Positions 10,561 through 21,417 of a stretch of 64,000 nt of DNA are shown one piece after another. This DNA is from Okamejei kenojei. Taxonomy: Eukaryota. The stretch covers positions 25,668,001 through 25,732,000 of the forward strand of contig CM069147.1 in the NCBI GenBank assembly GCA_035221665.1. The letters are read 5' to 3'. The notes below the pieces were generated by a model that searched no databases, was not told the origin of the DNA, and was given only the letters and a program-made list of their open reading frames with translations. The position numbers were made by a program, and so were the translations under genes. How positions within the stretch are numbered: position 1 is the stretch's first letter; every line of letters begins with the position of its first letter.

Positions 10561-11654
10561 GGCAACTAGACAAACCTATCACCAACAAGCGAGCGGTCCT
10601 GTGCAATCATCTGCCTCATTGGTGACCCTCGGACTATCTTTAATCGGACTGTACTGGACTTGCACTAAACATTACTCTCCTTATACTGTATCTTTACACT
10701 GTGGGAAGCTTGATTGTAAGTCTTTCCGCTAATTGACTAGCACGCGACAGAAAAGATGTTCATTGTACACGTGACAATAAACTAAGTTAAAATAAACTAA
10801 ACGTTCCACTGCGAATAAACCCATCACCCTTAATGTCTATTTATAACAGAGGTTTCGTCTGGCGAATGTCTAGCGAATGGCTGCTGCATTCTCCTGATCC
10901 CTTTAAGCATAGTCATGCACTCGCCAAAGGCAAATCAGCTAAAGCCAGACAAAGCCGTTAAATAGTCCCAGTTGTACGTTAGCCCGACTGTTCATTGCGT
11001 CGACGAAATTGAGCTACCACTAAACTACTCTAATAAGTTGATGAATTTGGAATCAAATTGCCTCTTTAGATCTATGTTGACCTGTTGTCTTTTCATTCTT
11101 CCGTTAAAGCGCTCTGTTCCAAGCTGCTGTCATATTCCAAGAAGCATTCGCGGTGGGTCTTTAATTTCCTTCTATAACTGTCAAACTTTAGTAGGAAAAA
11201 TAGTTGTACTCAATGAATGGCAAGTAAAGAGGCCGTATTACAGAAATATCTTCATACAATGGAGACACAAGAAACTGCACGTGCTGGAACCTTGAGCAAA
11301 AAACTGAGTGGCGGGGGAACTCCGCAGGCCACACAGCTCCTGTCTGGAAACAAACTACCCAATTTGTCCAGTAGAATTATTTAACTTTATGTTTTCATTT
11401 TGATATACAGCTGAACAATTAACAATCTGTTTTGAACCCGGTCGTAACTGTTGTTCTATCATATATCGTGTTTGCTATATTGGTTCATGTTTATGGTTTG
11501 GTGTCACCGATATAAAGGGGGTACACATGTGGGGGCAGGGAATTCAGTGGATGAGATTAGATGGTGTATCTTCGAGAACGAAAATATGCTATTTGGCCGA
11601 TCTTATCCATACTGGTCATCAACCAGCTCTTTGTACTTCACCATCCCCACCATT

Positions 11655-14395
11655 AATGATTTAGATGAAGGGATTCAAATAACATTATCAAATTTGCAGA
11701 TGACACAAAGCCGAGTGGCAAGTGTGAACTGTGAGGTCGATGCTATGAGAATGCAGGGTGACTTGGGTGAGTGGGCAGATGCATGGCAGATATAACCATA
11801 TTACCATATAACAAACCATATAACAATTACAGCACGGAAACAGGCCCTCTCGGCCCTTCCAGTCCGTGCCGACCATTTGTTTTCCCCTAGTCCCATCTAC
11901 CTGCACTCAGACCATACCCCTCCATTCCCTTCACGTCCATATACCTATCCACTTTACTTTTAAATGTTAAAATCGATCCTGCCTCCACCACCTCTGCTGG
12001 AAGCTCATTCCACACAGCCACCACCCTCTGAGTAAATAAGTTCCCCCTCACGTTACCCCTAAACTTCTGTCCCTTAATTCTCATGTTATGCCCTCTTGTT
12101 TGAATCTTCCCTACCCTCAATGGGAAAAGCTTATCCACGTCAACTCTGTCTATCCCTTTCATCATTTTAAAGACCTCAATCAAGTCCCCCCTTAACCTTC
12201 TGCACTCCAAAGAATAAAGACCTAACTTGTTCAACCTTTCTCTGTAACATAGTTGCTGGAACCCTGGCAACATTCTAGTAAATCTCCTCTGTACTCTCTC
12301 TATTTTGTTGACATCCTTCCTATAACTAGGCGACCAAAATTGTACACCATACTCCAGAATTGGTCTTACCAATGCCTTGTACAATTTTAACATTACTTCC
12401 CTACTCCTATATTCAATGCTCTGATTTATAAAGGCCAGCACACCAAAGGCTTTCTTTACCACCCTATCTACATGCGATTCCACCTTCAGGGAACTATGCA
12501 CAGTTTATTCCTAGATCCCTCTGTTCCACAGCATTCCTCAATTCCCTACCATTTACCATGTACGTCCTATTTTGATTTGTCCTGCCAAGATGTAGCACTT
12601 CACACTTATCAGCATTAAACTCCATCTGCCATCTTTCAGCCCACCATTCCAAATGGCCCAAATCTCTCTGTAGACTTTGAGAATCTACTTCATTATCCAC
12701 AATACCACCTATCTTAGTATCATCTGCATACTTACTTATCCAATTTTTCCACCCCATCATCCAGATCATTGATGTACATGACAAACGACAGTGGACCCAA
12801 CACAGATCCCTGATGCACCCCACTGGTCACCGGCTTCCAACCTGACAAACAGCCATCCACCATTACTCTCTGACATCTCCCATTCAGCCACTGTTGAATC
12901 CATCTTGCTACTCCGCCATTAACACCCAAAGATTGAACCTTCTGAACCAACCTTCCATGGGGAACCTTGTCAAAGGCCTTACTGAAATCCATATAGACAA
13001 CATCCACTGCTTTACCCTCATCAATTTCCCTAGTTACTGCTTCAAAAAATTCAAGAAGGTTTGTCAAACATGACCTTCCAGGCACAAATCCATGTTGACT
13101 GCTCCTGATCAGACCCTGTTTATCCAGATGCTTATATATATTATCTCTAAGTATCCTTTCCATTAATTTGCCCACCACTGACGTCAAACTAATAGGTCTA
13201 TAATTGCTAGGTTTATTCTTTGAACCCCTTTTAAACAATGGAACAACATGCGCAGTATGCCAATCCTCCGGCACTATTCCCGTTTCTAATGACATTTGGA
13301 ATATTTCTGTCATAGCTCCTGCTATTTCTACACTAACTTCCCTCAATGTCCTAGGGAATATCCTGTCAGGACCTGGAGACTTATCCACTTTTATATTTTT
13401 CAAAAGTGTCAGTACTTCCTCCTCTTTGAATCTCATAGTTTCCATAGCTACTCTACTTTTTCCCCTTAACTCACAGAGTTCAATATCCTTCTCCTTGGTG
13501 AATACCGAAGAAAATAAATTCTTCAATATCTCCCCCATCTCTTTTGGCTCTGCAGATAGCTGTCCATTCTGGTTCTCTAATGGTCCAATTTTATCCCTCG
13601 TTATCCTTTTGCTATTAATATAGCTGTAGAAACCCTTTGGATTTACTCAAACTGAGTAAAGTCAGATGCAGTTTAATGTGGATAAATGTGAGGTTATACA
13701 CTTTGGTAGCAAAAACAAGAAGGCAGATTATTATCTAAATGGTGCCAAGTTGGGAAAAGGGGAAGTACAATGGGATATGGGGGTCCTTATTCATCAGTCA
13801 CTGAAAGTAAACATGCAGGTACAGCACGCAGTGAAGAAAGCGAATGGTTATACACTATTAAGTGTGTAACCTCACATGTATCCATGGCCTTCATAACAAG
13901 AGGGAGCGTAGCATAAGTTTACAAGGTTAATTCCCGGGATGGCGGGACTGTCATATGCTGAGAGAATGAAGCAGCTGGGCTTGTATATTCTGGAGTTTAG
14001 AAGGATGGGAGGGAATCTTATTGAAACATATAAGATTATTACGGGTGTGGACATACTAGAGGTGGGAAACATGTTCCCGGTGTTAGGGGAGTCCAGAACC
14101 AGGGGCACAATTTAAGAGTAAGGGTAACCCATTTAGAACGGAGACGAGGAAACATTTCTTCACACAGAGAGTTGTGATTCCGTGGAATTCTCGGCCTCAA
14201 AGGGCAGTGGAGGCCAGTTCTCTGGATACTTTCGCGAGAAAGCTGGATAGGGCTCTTAAAGAAAGTGGAGTCGGGGATATGGGGAGAAGGCAGGAACGGG
14301 GTACTGATTGGGGATGATCAGCCATGATCATATTGAATGGCGGTGCTGGCTCGAAGGGCCTAATGACCTAATCCTGCACCTATTGACAATTGTCT
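11655..14395 (+). mobile_element. CR1 LINE split by a nested younger CR1
   Basis: INDLDEG...EWADAWQ (11655-11790) resumes as MQFNVDKCEV at 13666 and runs to a CR1 3' UTR. Confidence 0.88.
11791..13650 (-). mobile_element. Young 5'-truncated CR1 LINE (ORF2 RT)
   Basis: ORFs 12732-13538, 12494-12823 and 11887-12501 form one RT (NYRPISLTS, DFSKAFDKV, YADDTK) broken by 1-bp shifts; ATAACC-type tail. Confidence 0.95.
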
Positions 14396-15324
14396 ATTGT
14401 CATTGAAAGCATCAATATTAGGCATTTCCTCAAGATGGTGGCATCTATCGTCCTGGCTTCCAACCATCTGGGACATGCTGTCTCCCACTTCTACCATCCT
14501 GCAGAAAGCGCAGAGGCCTAAAATCCCACGCTGCCAGGTTCAGGAACAGGAACTTTCATACAACCATAAAGTTCTTAATCCGAGTTAGCCTGCTTAATCC
14601 TAATTCTACCTCAACAATAAAACAAGATGACACAACTATGAATTTGTTTTTTTTTAAGTGAGTTTTGTATTAATTAGTTGTTTTCTGCCTTGTGTCTTTA
14701 TTCTTTCCATTGCCCAGCAGAAGTTACATATAACTTAAGTATAATAATGTATGTCATGTCGTAGTATGCTGCCTGATTCTTGGTGCCGCTGATGCTGCTG
14801 CGAGCAAGGTTGTCATTATACTTGTACCTAGCAGAAGTTCAAGGATGCGGTCATTAAGATCTCCTCAATCGCCATTAGGAATGATCGATAAATACTAGCC
14901 TTGCCGAGGACCATGTAATCCATCCAAAATAATCGAAGCGAAGAGAGAGCAAAAGAATCAATTTGGGTTGTTCTATCTGTTTTCGATTTCAATCTATAGT
15001 TTGTAGCCGGGCGTGGGGTTGACAAATTGGGAGTATAAGGGTGGAGTTAAAGAGGAAGAGAGTACAGGAAATGTTACGAAAGACACCCACTTTAATGGGA
15101 TGGCAAGTTCAAGAAGGGATAAGAGAGTAAGGTCAGGTGAAATAGGAATCGGCGTAAGAAGGGAGATGAATACCGAAATTAAAATGTTAGGTATGAATGT
15201 GCGAAGTATAAGCAATGAAGTGGATGAGCTTGAGGCTCAGTTAGAAATTGGCAAGTAAGATGTTGTGGGAATTATAGACATGGCTGCAAGAGGACCATGG
15301 CTGGGAACTGAATATTCAAGGCTA

Positions 15325-16061
15325 CTAAACTAAGTGGGACCTTTTGGGTCCCAGTCACATGGAAGGCCTCCCCAACGCAACCCATTCCCCAACGCAATAT
15401 TCCACCACTCACCTGTTCCCCCAACGCAACCCGTTCCCCCAAAGCAATGTTCCACCACTCTGTGGATTGGGTGTGTGAGGGAGGGGGTGTGTGTGGGGGA
15501 GAGGTGGTGTGGGGTAGGGGGGGTGGGGGAATGCGGTGTGGGGAAGGGGGGTGTGGGGGACGGAGGGTGGGGAGGAGGGTGTGGGAGGGAGCGGTGTGGG
15601 GAAGGGGGTGTGGGGGAGAGGTGGGTGTGTGGGATGGGGAGGGGGTGTGTGGGGGATTGGGTGTGAGGGGGAGCGGGGAGTGGGGGAGGGAGCTGGTGTG
15701 GGAGAGGGAGTGGTGGGGGAGGGGCTTGTGTGTGGGAGGGGGTTGTGGGGGAAGGAAGGGGGGTAGTGTGGGAGAGGGGGTGTGTGGGGGAGTTGGCATT
15801 TTGGGGGGGCTGTGGCGGAGCGTGGGTGTGTGGGGGGGGGGGAATCGGCGGGTGTGGGGGAGGGGAACCTTAAAAACCCTCATAACCTTTGTGCTATTTC
15901 ACCAATCGGAACAAAACTTATTTGACTTGCAGCAGAGGAGAATGGTGAGTAAGGTGGCGAAGATCATAGCGCTATGGGGGAATCGTTTTTGCGCAAATGT
16001 AATTACAACACAGATAGGAAGTGGTCAAGATGATTGTTTTATTAATATTTAGATAGATAGA
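15325..16061 (-). mobile_element. Non-autonomous Helitron-like element inserted in CR1
   Basis: On the minus strand it starts TCTATCTATCTAAATATTAATAAAAC and ends with the hairpin GGGACC-CAAAA-GGTCCC then TTAG. Inserted between A and T with no TSD; G-rich low-complexity interior. Confidence 0.65.
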
Positions 16062-16093
16062 TATGTCCCATAGAAAATACAGACAGGTGGGCA

Positions 16094-16095
<2 letters not shown>

Positions 16096-16172
<77 letters not shown>
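16096..16172. repeat. Poly-G tract (similar tracts at about 47004-47039, 54471-54503 and 58875-58924)
   Basis: Direct observation. Confidence 0.95.
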
Positions 16173-16173
<1 letters not shown>

Positions 16174-18989
16174 GCATTGTTGGTAAGGAATGAAGTTCAG
16201 TCACTTGCGAGGGATTACATAGAATCAGATGATGTAGAGACATTGTGGATAGAACTGAGAAACTGTAAGGGTTAAAATACCCCAATGGTAGTTATCTACA
16301 GGCCCCCAAACAATAGCCAGGATATAGGGTGCAAGTTGCACCAGGAGTTAAAATTGGCATGTAACAAATGGTAATGCTAACGTGGTTATGGGAGATTTCA
16401 ACATGCAGGTTGACTGGGAAAATCAGGTTGGCACTGGACCCCAAGAAAGGGATTTGTAGAGTACCTCTGAGATGGATTCTTAGAGCAGATTTTACTGGAG
16501 TACCAGGGAGAAGGCAATTCTGGATTTAGTGTTGTGTAATGAACCGGATTTGATAAAGGAACTCAAGATAAAAGAACCATTATGCGGTAGTGACCATAAT
16601 ATGATAAGTTTCAATCTGCAATTTGAGAGGGAGAATATAAACTTGGAAGTGTTATTATTGCAGTTGAACAAAGGGGACTATGGAAACATGAAGAAAGAGC
16701 TGGCAAAAGTTGACTGGAAAGGGACCCTAGCAGGGATGACAGTGGAACACCAATGGCAGGTATTTCAGGAAATAATCCAGATAATGCAGGATCTTTTCAT
16801 TCCAAAGATTCTAAGGGGAGTAAGAGGCAACAGCGGTTGACAAGGGAAGTCAAGGACAGTATAGAAATAAAAGATAAGGCGTATAACATAGTTTAGATGA
16901 GCGGAAGGCCAAAGGATTGGGACACTTTTAAGACAGTATAGAAATAAAAGATAAGGCGTATAACATAGTTTAGATGAGCGGAAGGCCAAAGGATTGGGAC
17001 ACTTTTAAAGATCAACAGAGGTAAGTAAAAAAGCAATACGAGGAGAAAAATGAGGTACGAAGATAAGCTAGCCAAGAATAGAAAGGAGGATAGTAAAAGC
17101 TTATTTAGGTATGTGAAGAGGAAAACAATAGTTAAGACAAATGTGTATCCCTTGAAGACAGAAACAGGTGAATTTATTATGGTGAACAAGAAAATGACAG
17201 ACGAGTTGAACAGGTATTTTGGTTCTGTCTTCACTAAGGAACACACAAACAATCTTGCAGATGTACTAGGGGACAGAGCACCTAGGGTGATGGAGGAACT
17301 GAATTCACATTAGTCAGGAAATGGTGTTGGTTAAACTGATGGGACTGAATGCCGATAAACCCTAGTTTATAGATGGTGTGTATTCTAGGGCACCCGAGGA
17401 GGTGGATCAAGAAATTGTGGACGCATTGGTGATAATTTTCCAATGTTTTATAGATTCTGGGTCAGTTCCTGTGGATTGGAGGCTTGCTAATGATATCCCA
17501 CATTTTAACAAGGAGGGAGAGAAAAAGCAGGGAATTACAGACCTGTTAGCCTGACATCGGTGCTGAAGTGGATTATTAAATAGGTAATACCGGTGGATTT
17601 GGATAGCAGTGACAGGATCGGTCCAAGTCTGCATGGATTTACAAAGGGGAAATCATGCTTGAATAATCATCTGGAATTTTTTGAGGATGTTACAAGTAAA
17701 ATGTTCAACGAAGAGCCTGTGGATGTGGTATACCTGGACTTTCAGAAAGCCTTTGATAAGGTCCCACACAGGATATTAGTGGGCAAACTTAGAGCACATG
17801 GTATTGGAGATAGGGTATTGACATGGATAGAAAATTGGTTGGCAGACAGGAAACAAAGAGTAGGGATTAATGGGTCCCTTTCAGAATGGCAGGCAGTGAC
17901 TTGTGGGAACCGACGAAGCTCGGTATTGGACCACAGCTATTTACATTATGTATTATTGATTTAGATGAGGGAATTAAAAGTAACATTAGCAAATTTGCAG
18001 AAGACATAAGTCTGGGTGGCAGTGCCAACTGTGAAGAGGATGCTATGAGGATGCGGGGTGACTTGGTCAGGTTAGGTGAGTGGGCAGAAGCAAGGCGCAT
18101 GCAGTATAATGTGGATAAATGTGAGGTTATCCACTTTGGTGGTAAGAAGAGGAAGGCAGATTATTATCTGAAAGCTGTCATGTTAGGAAAAGGGGAAGTA
18201 CAACAGGATCTGGGAGTTCTTGTTCAGCAGTCACTGAAAGTAAGCATGCAGGTACAGTAGGCAGTGAAGAAAGCTAATGGCATGTTGGCCTTCATAATGA
18301 GAAGAGTTGAGTATAGGAGCAAAGAGGTCCTCCTGCAGTTGTACAGGGCCCTAGTGTGACCGCATCTGGAGTATTGTGTGCAGTTTTGGTCTCCTAATTT
18401 GAGGAAGGACATTCTTGCTATTGAGGAAGTGCAGCGCAGGTTCACAAGGTTAATTCCCGGGATGGCGTGACTTTCATGTGATGAAAGAATGGAGCGACTG
18501 GGCATGTATTCACTGGAATTTAGAAGGATGAGAAGGGATCGTATAGAAACAAATACAATTATTAACGGCTAGATGTAGGAAACGTGTTCCCGATGTTGGA
18601 GGAGACCAGAACCAGGGGCCACAATTTAAGAATAAGGGGTAGGCCATTTAGAACTGAGATGAGGAAAATCTTTTTTCACCTATGGAGCTGTGAATTTGTG
18701 GAATGCTCTGTCTCAGAAGGCAGTGGAGGCCGATTCACTGCATGCATTCAATAGAGAGTTGGATTGAGCTCTTAGGACATGAGGAATCAAGGGGTATGGG
18801 GAGGAGGCATGAACGGGGAACTGATGGTGGATGATCAGTGAACGATGGTGCTGGCGCGAAGGGCCGAATGACCTACTCCTGCACCTATTGTCTATGTATC
18901 TATGTAACGACAGACACCTTATAAAGATAAATGGTCAATTCATCTTTGATTCGTGAATTGTTCCATTAATAGACCCTCGTTACACTTAC

Positions 18990-19100
18990 CTGGGCATATA
19001 TCGTGCTTTCTTCAAAGTATCTGGATTTAGTAGATGTCTCCAGACCAGCGATGTTAAGAGTAGTGTATGTTAACTTTGGATCACGTTTGGAATTGCACGT
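18990..19100 (-). CDS. Orphan SIRP-like cytoplasmic exon (ITIM LTYTTL, TIYAQ end), paralogous to gene A exon 2781-2868
   Basis: tttcag|...GCCCAG|gtaagt, 111 nt, phase 0-0, open: TCNSKRDPKLTYTTLNIAGLETSTKSRYFEESTIYAQ. Confidence 0.75.
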
Positions 19101-19708
19101 CTGAAAGTTATCAGCAAGTTGTTATAATTATTACATCAATCAACATGTTTCAAAAAATACACCACCACTGCCAGTAATGGACATTGTAAATGATAGCAAA
19201 ATACCGAATGCCTTTACTAATATGAAAAATGTTCTTATTTTAATATTATATTTCCTTCTGCAAAGAACAAATTGATTCATTTATCACTTCTCTGGTTGTC
19301 CAGTGATCATTGGCTAAACATAAGACTACACATTAGCAACTAGCCAAACAAAATGTGCTAGTTAACTCAGACGATTTAAACATTTTTTTTAATGTTCCTG
19401 CGTGGAAATAGTTGCTGAAGGGCTCACCTGCATCATTTACCAATGTTGATCGTTGGATAGTTGAAGAGTTCGATAGAGCTCTAGGGGCTAGCGAAATCAA
19501 GGGATATGGGGAGAAGGCAGGGTTACTGATTATGGATGATCAGCCATGATCACAATGAAGGTTTGAAGGGCTAAATGACCTCCTCCTCCACCTATTTTCT
19601 ATGTTCCTATGTTTCTAAAACTGACCTGGTGGAAGGACAAAAGGACAAAGGACATTTATTGTCACATGAATGAATGAATGAATGAATGAATGAATGAATG
19701 AATGAATG

Positions 19709-20335
19709 AGGAAGTCCTTTATCCAGGCACATGTGAGAGTGGGGAGGCTGAGAGTGACCAGTTTGTCGATGAGAATGTCCGGGATGATAGTATTGAGAGC
19801 TGAGCTGTAATCCACAAAGAGCATCCGGACGTAGCTCTGCCCCAGCTCCAGGTGGCTCAGCACAGAGTGGAGAGCTATGGTGATGGCGTCTTCTGTGGAC
19901 CTGTTTGGGCGATAGGTGAACTGGTGGGGGTCGAATTCTGGAGGGAGATAGTCCTGGATGTCCTGGAGGACCAATCTCTCAAAGCACTTTGTGATTACCG
20001 GAGTGAGGGCCACAGGACGATAATCGTTTAGGCTGGTGATGGGGGACTTCTTTGGCACAGGGACGATTATGGCTGATTTTAGGCAGGACGGGATAACTGC
20101 CTGGTCCAGGGAGAGATTGAAGATTCTGGTGAAGATGACGGTGAGCTGGTGGGCACACGGTTTGAGCACCTTACCAGGTACTCCATCTGGGCCGGCAGCC
20201 TTCTTGGGGTTCACTGCCAGGAGCACCCGTCTGACATCGTGCTCCCTTACAGTGAATGGAGTCGTGCAGGAGCCAGATAAGGGTGGGAGCAGGGCTGTAG
20301 CAGATGAGTGCTGCTGTTGTGATGTTTCAAAGTGA
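19709..20335 (-). mobile_element. Rex1/Babar LINE RT fragment
   Basis: KAAGPDGV, LNDYRPVALTPVITKCFERLV, VRMLFVDYSSA; adjacent (ATGA)n microsatellite at 19666-19709. Confidence 0.88.
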
Positions 20336-21417
20336 GAAAATAAGCAATTTATTTCATATACACCAGTTGGTGCGGTGAAATTTGTCTTGCCATGCAGCGC
20401 ACAGATAAAGATGAGACACAACACTAAAGAATTAACAATAAACATAAAAACATCCACCCACAATGGTTCCCACTGTCGGGGAAGGCACAAAGTTCAGTCC
20501 CATTCCCTTGTCCACCCATAGTCGGGCCTATTGAGGCCTCCGCAGTCGGCGCTATGGCGGCCCGATGTTTTAGGCCTTCACACCGGGTGATGGTGCTCCG
20601 GCGTCGGTAGACCCTCTCAGCTGCTTGGGTAGGCTGTTTGTGGGGGTAGATGGTTATTTTATTTCACAAATTGGTCCACTGACTATTTAAAATCTGGATA
20701 TCATTTCAGGAGGTTTCTGTGGCAGTCACCTAGAGCTATATATGTTTAGCTGTTTACTCAACAATTTACTTCAATCGTAAATTCAAATGCGAAATCGCTG
20801 ATTAGTATCTGTTTTTATTTCAATTACCGGGTCATCCAGAAATTAGGTCGTTCGGGTCTGAATGCGCAGATAAATTTAGGGACGGTGTGGCAAGCGGCGT
20901 TTAAATACAGGCAATTGCAATCTCCGTCATTGAGGAAGTCTTATTGCTTGAGTTCAATATTCAGTGACGCCATTATCAATACGCTGGGCCCCACCATTCA
21001 GTATAAACACAACTGGCCCAAATACAAGTACTGCAGCTACAATAAGTAACAAAAACGAGAAGGTGCGTATGCATGTGTTACTCCAGCTTTTTATGGCCAT
21101 CTTTGCGGGGTAAGTCAAACAATCACTGTTCAAGGCGGACACTGGGCTTATCCCAGTAATCTATCTACATTACATTGATGACTGCATTGGGGCTCTCATG
21201 CCGAACTCACAGACTTCATTAACATCATGACTAAGTCCCATCTCGCACTCAAGTTCACTTGGACCATCTCCGACATCTTTATCGTTTCTTTCTCTCATTG
21301 GCTCCAACACAGGAAATAGAATATTGACTGACATCTATTATAAACTCACAGCTATTTTGACTACACTTATTGCCTCACTGCGTCCTACAAAAACTCTATC
21401 CCCTACTCCCAATTTCT

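Larger units (their letters stand above)
15010..18905 (+). mobile_element. Long decayed CR1 LINE ORF2 (APE endonuclease plus RT)
   Basis: MNVRSI, GDFN, SDHNMI, DFQKAFDKV and 3' UTR in order, with many stops and indels; internal ~77-bp tandem duplication at about 16855-17008. Confidence 0.93.

Noticed and set aside
10865-11000. Minus-strand stretch faintly like gene A's terminal exon
   Set aside because: No acceptor, no open frame with a YxxL/I motif; similarity too short to separate from chance.
15272-16285. Gly- and Pro-rich ORFs (also 46711-47215, 54928-55451, 58364-59257)
   Set aside because: Translations of poly-G/C, (CA)n and GA-rich repeats.
19398-19460. Strong minus-strand donor CAG|GTGAG near 19428 as a cytoplasmic exon 1 for the orphan exon
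   Set aside because: The required phase-0 frame has a TAA and the upstream side runs into a CR1 tail.
21069-21114. Plus-strand leader-like MHVLLQLFMAIFAG followed by gtaagt
   Set aside because: The donor gives phase 2 and I found no downstream plus-strand Ig exon.
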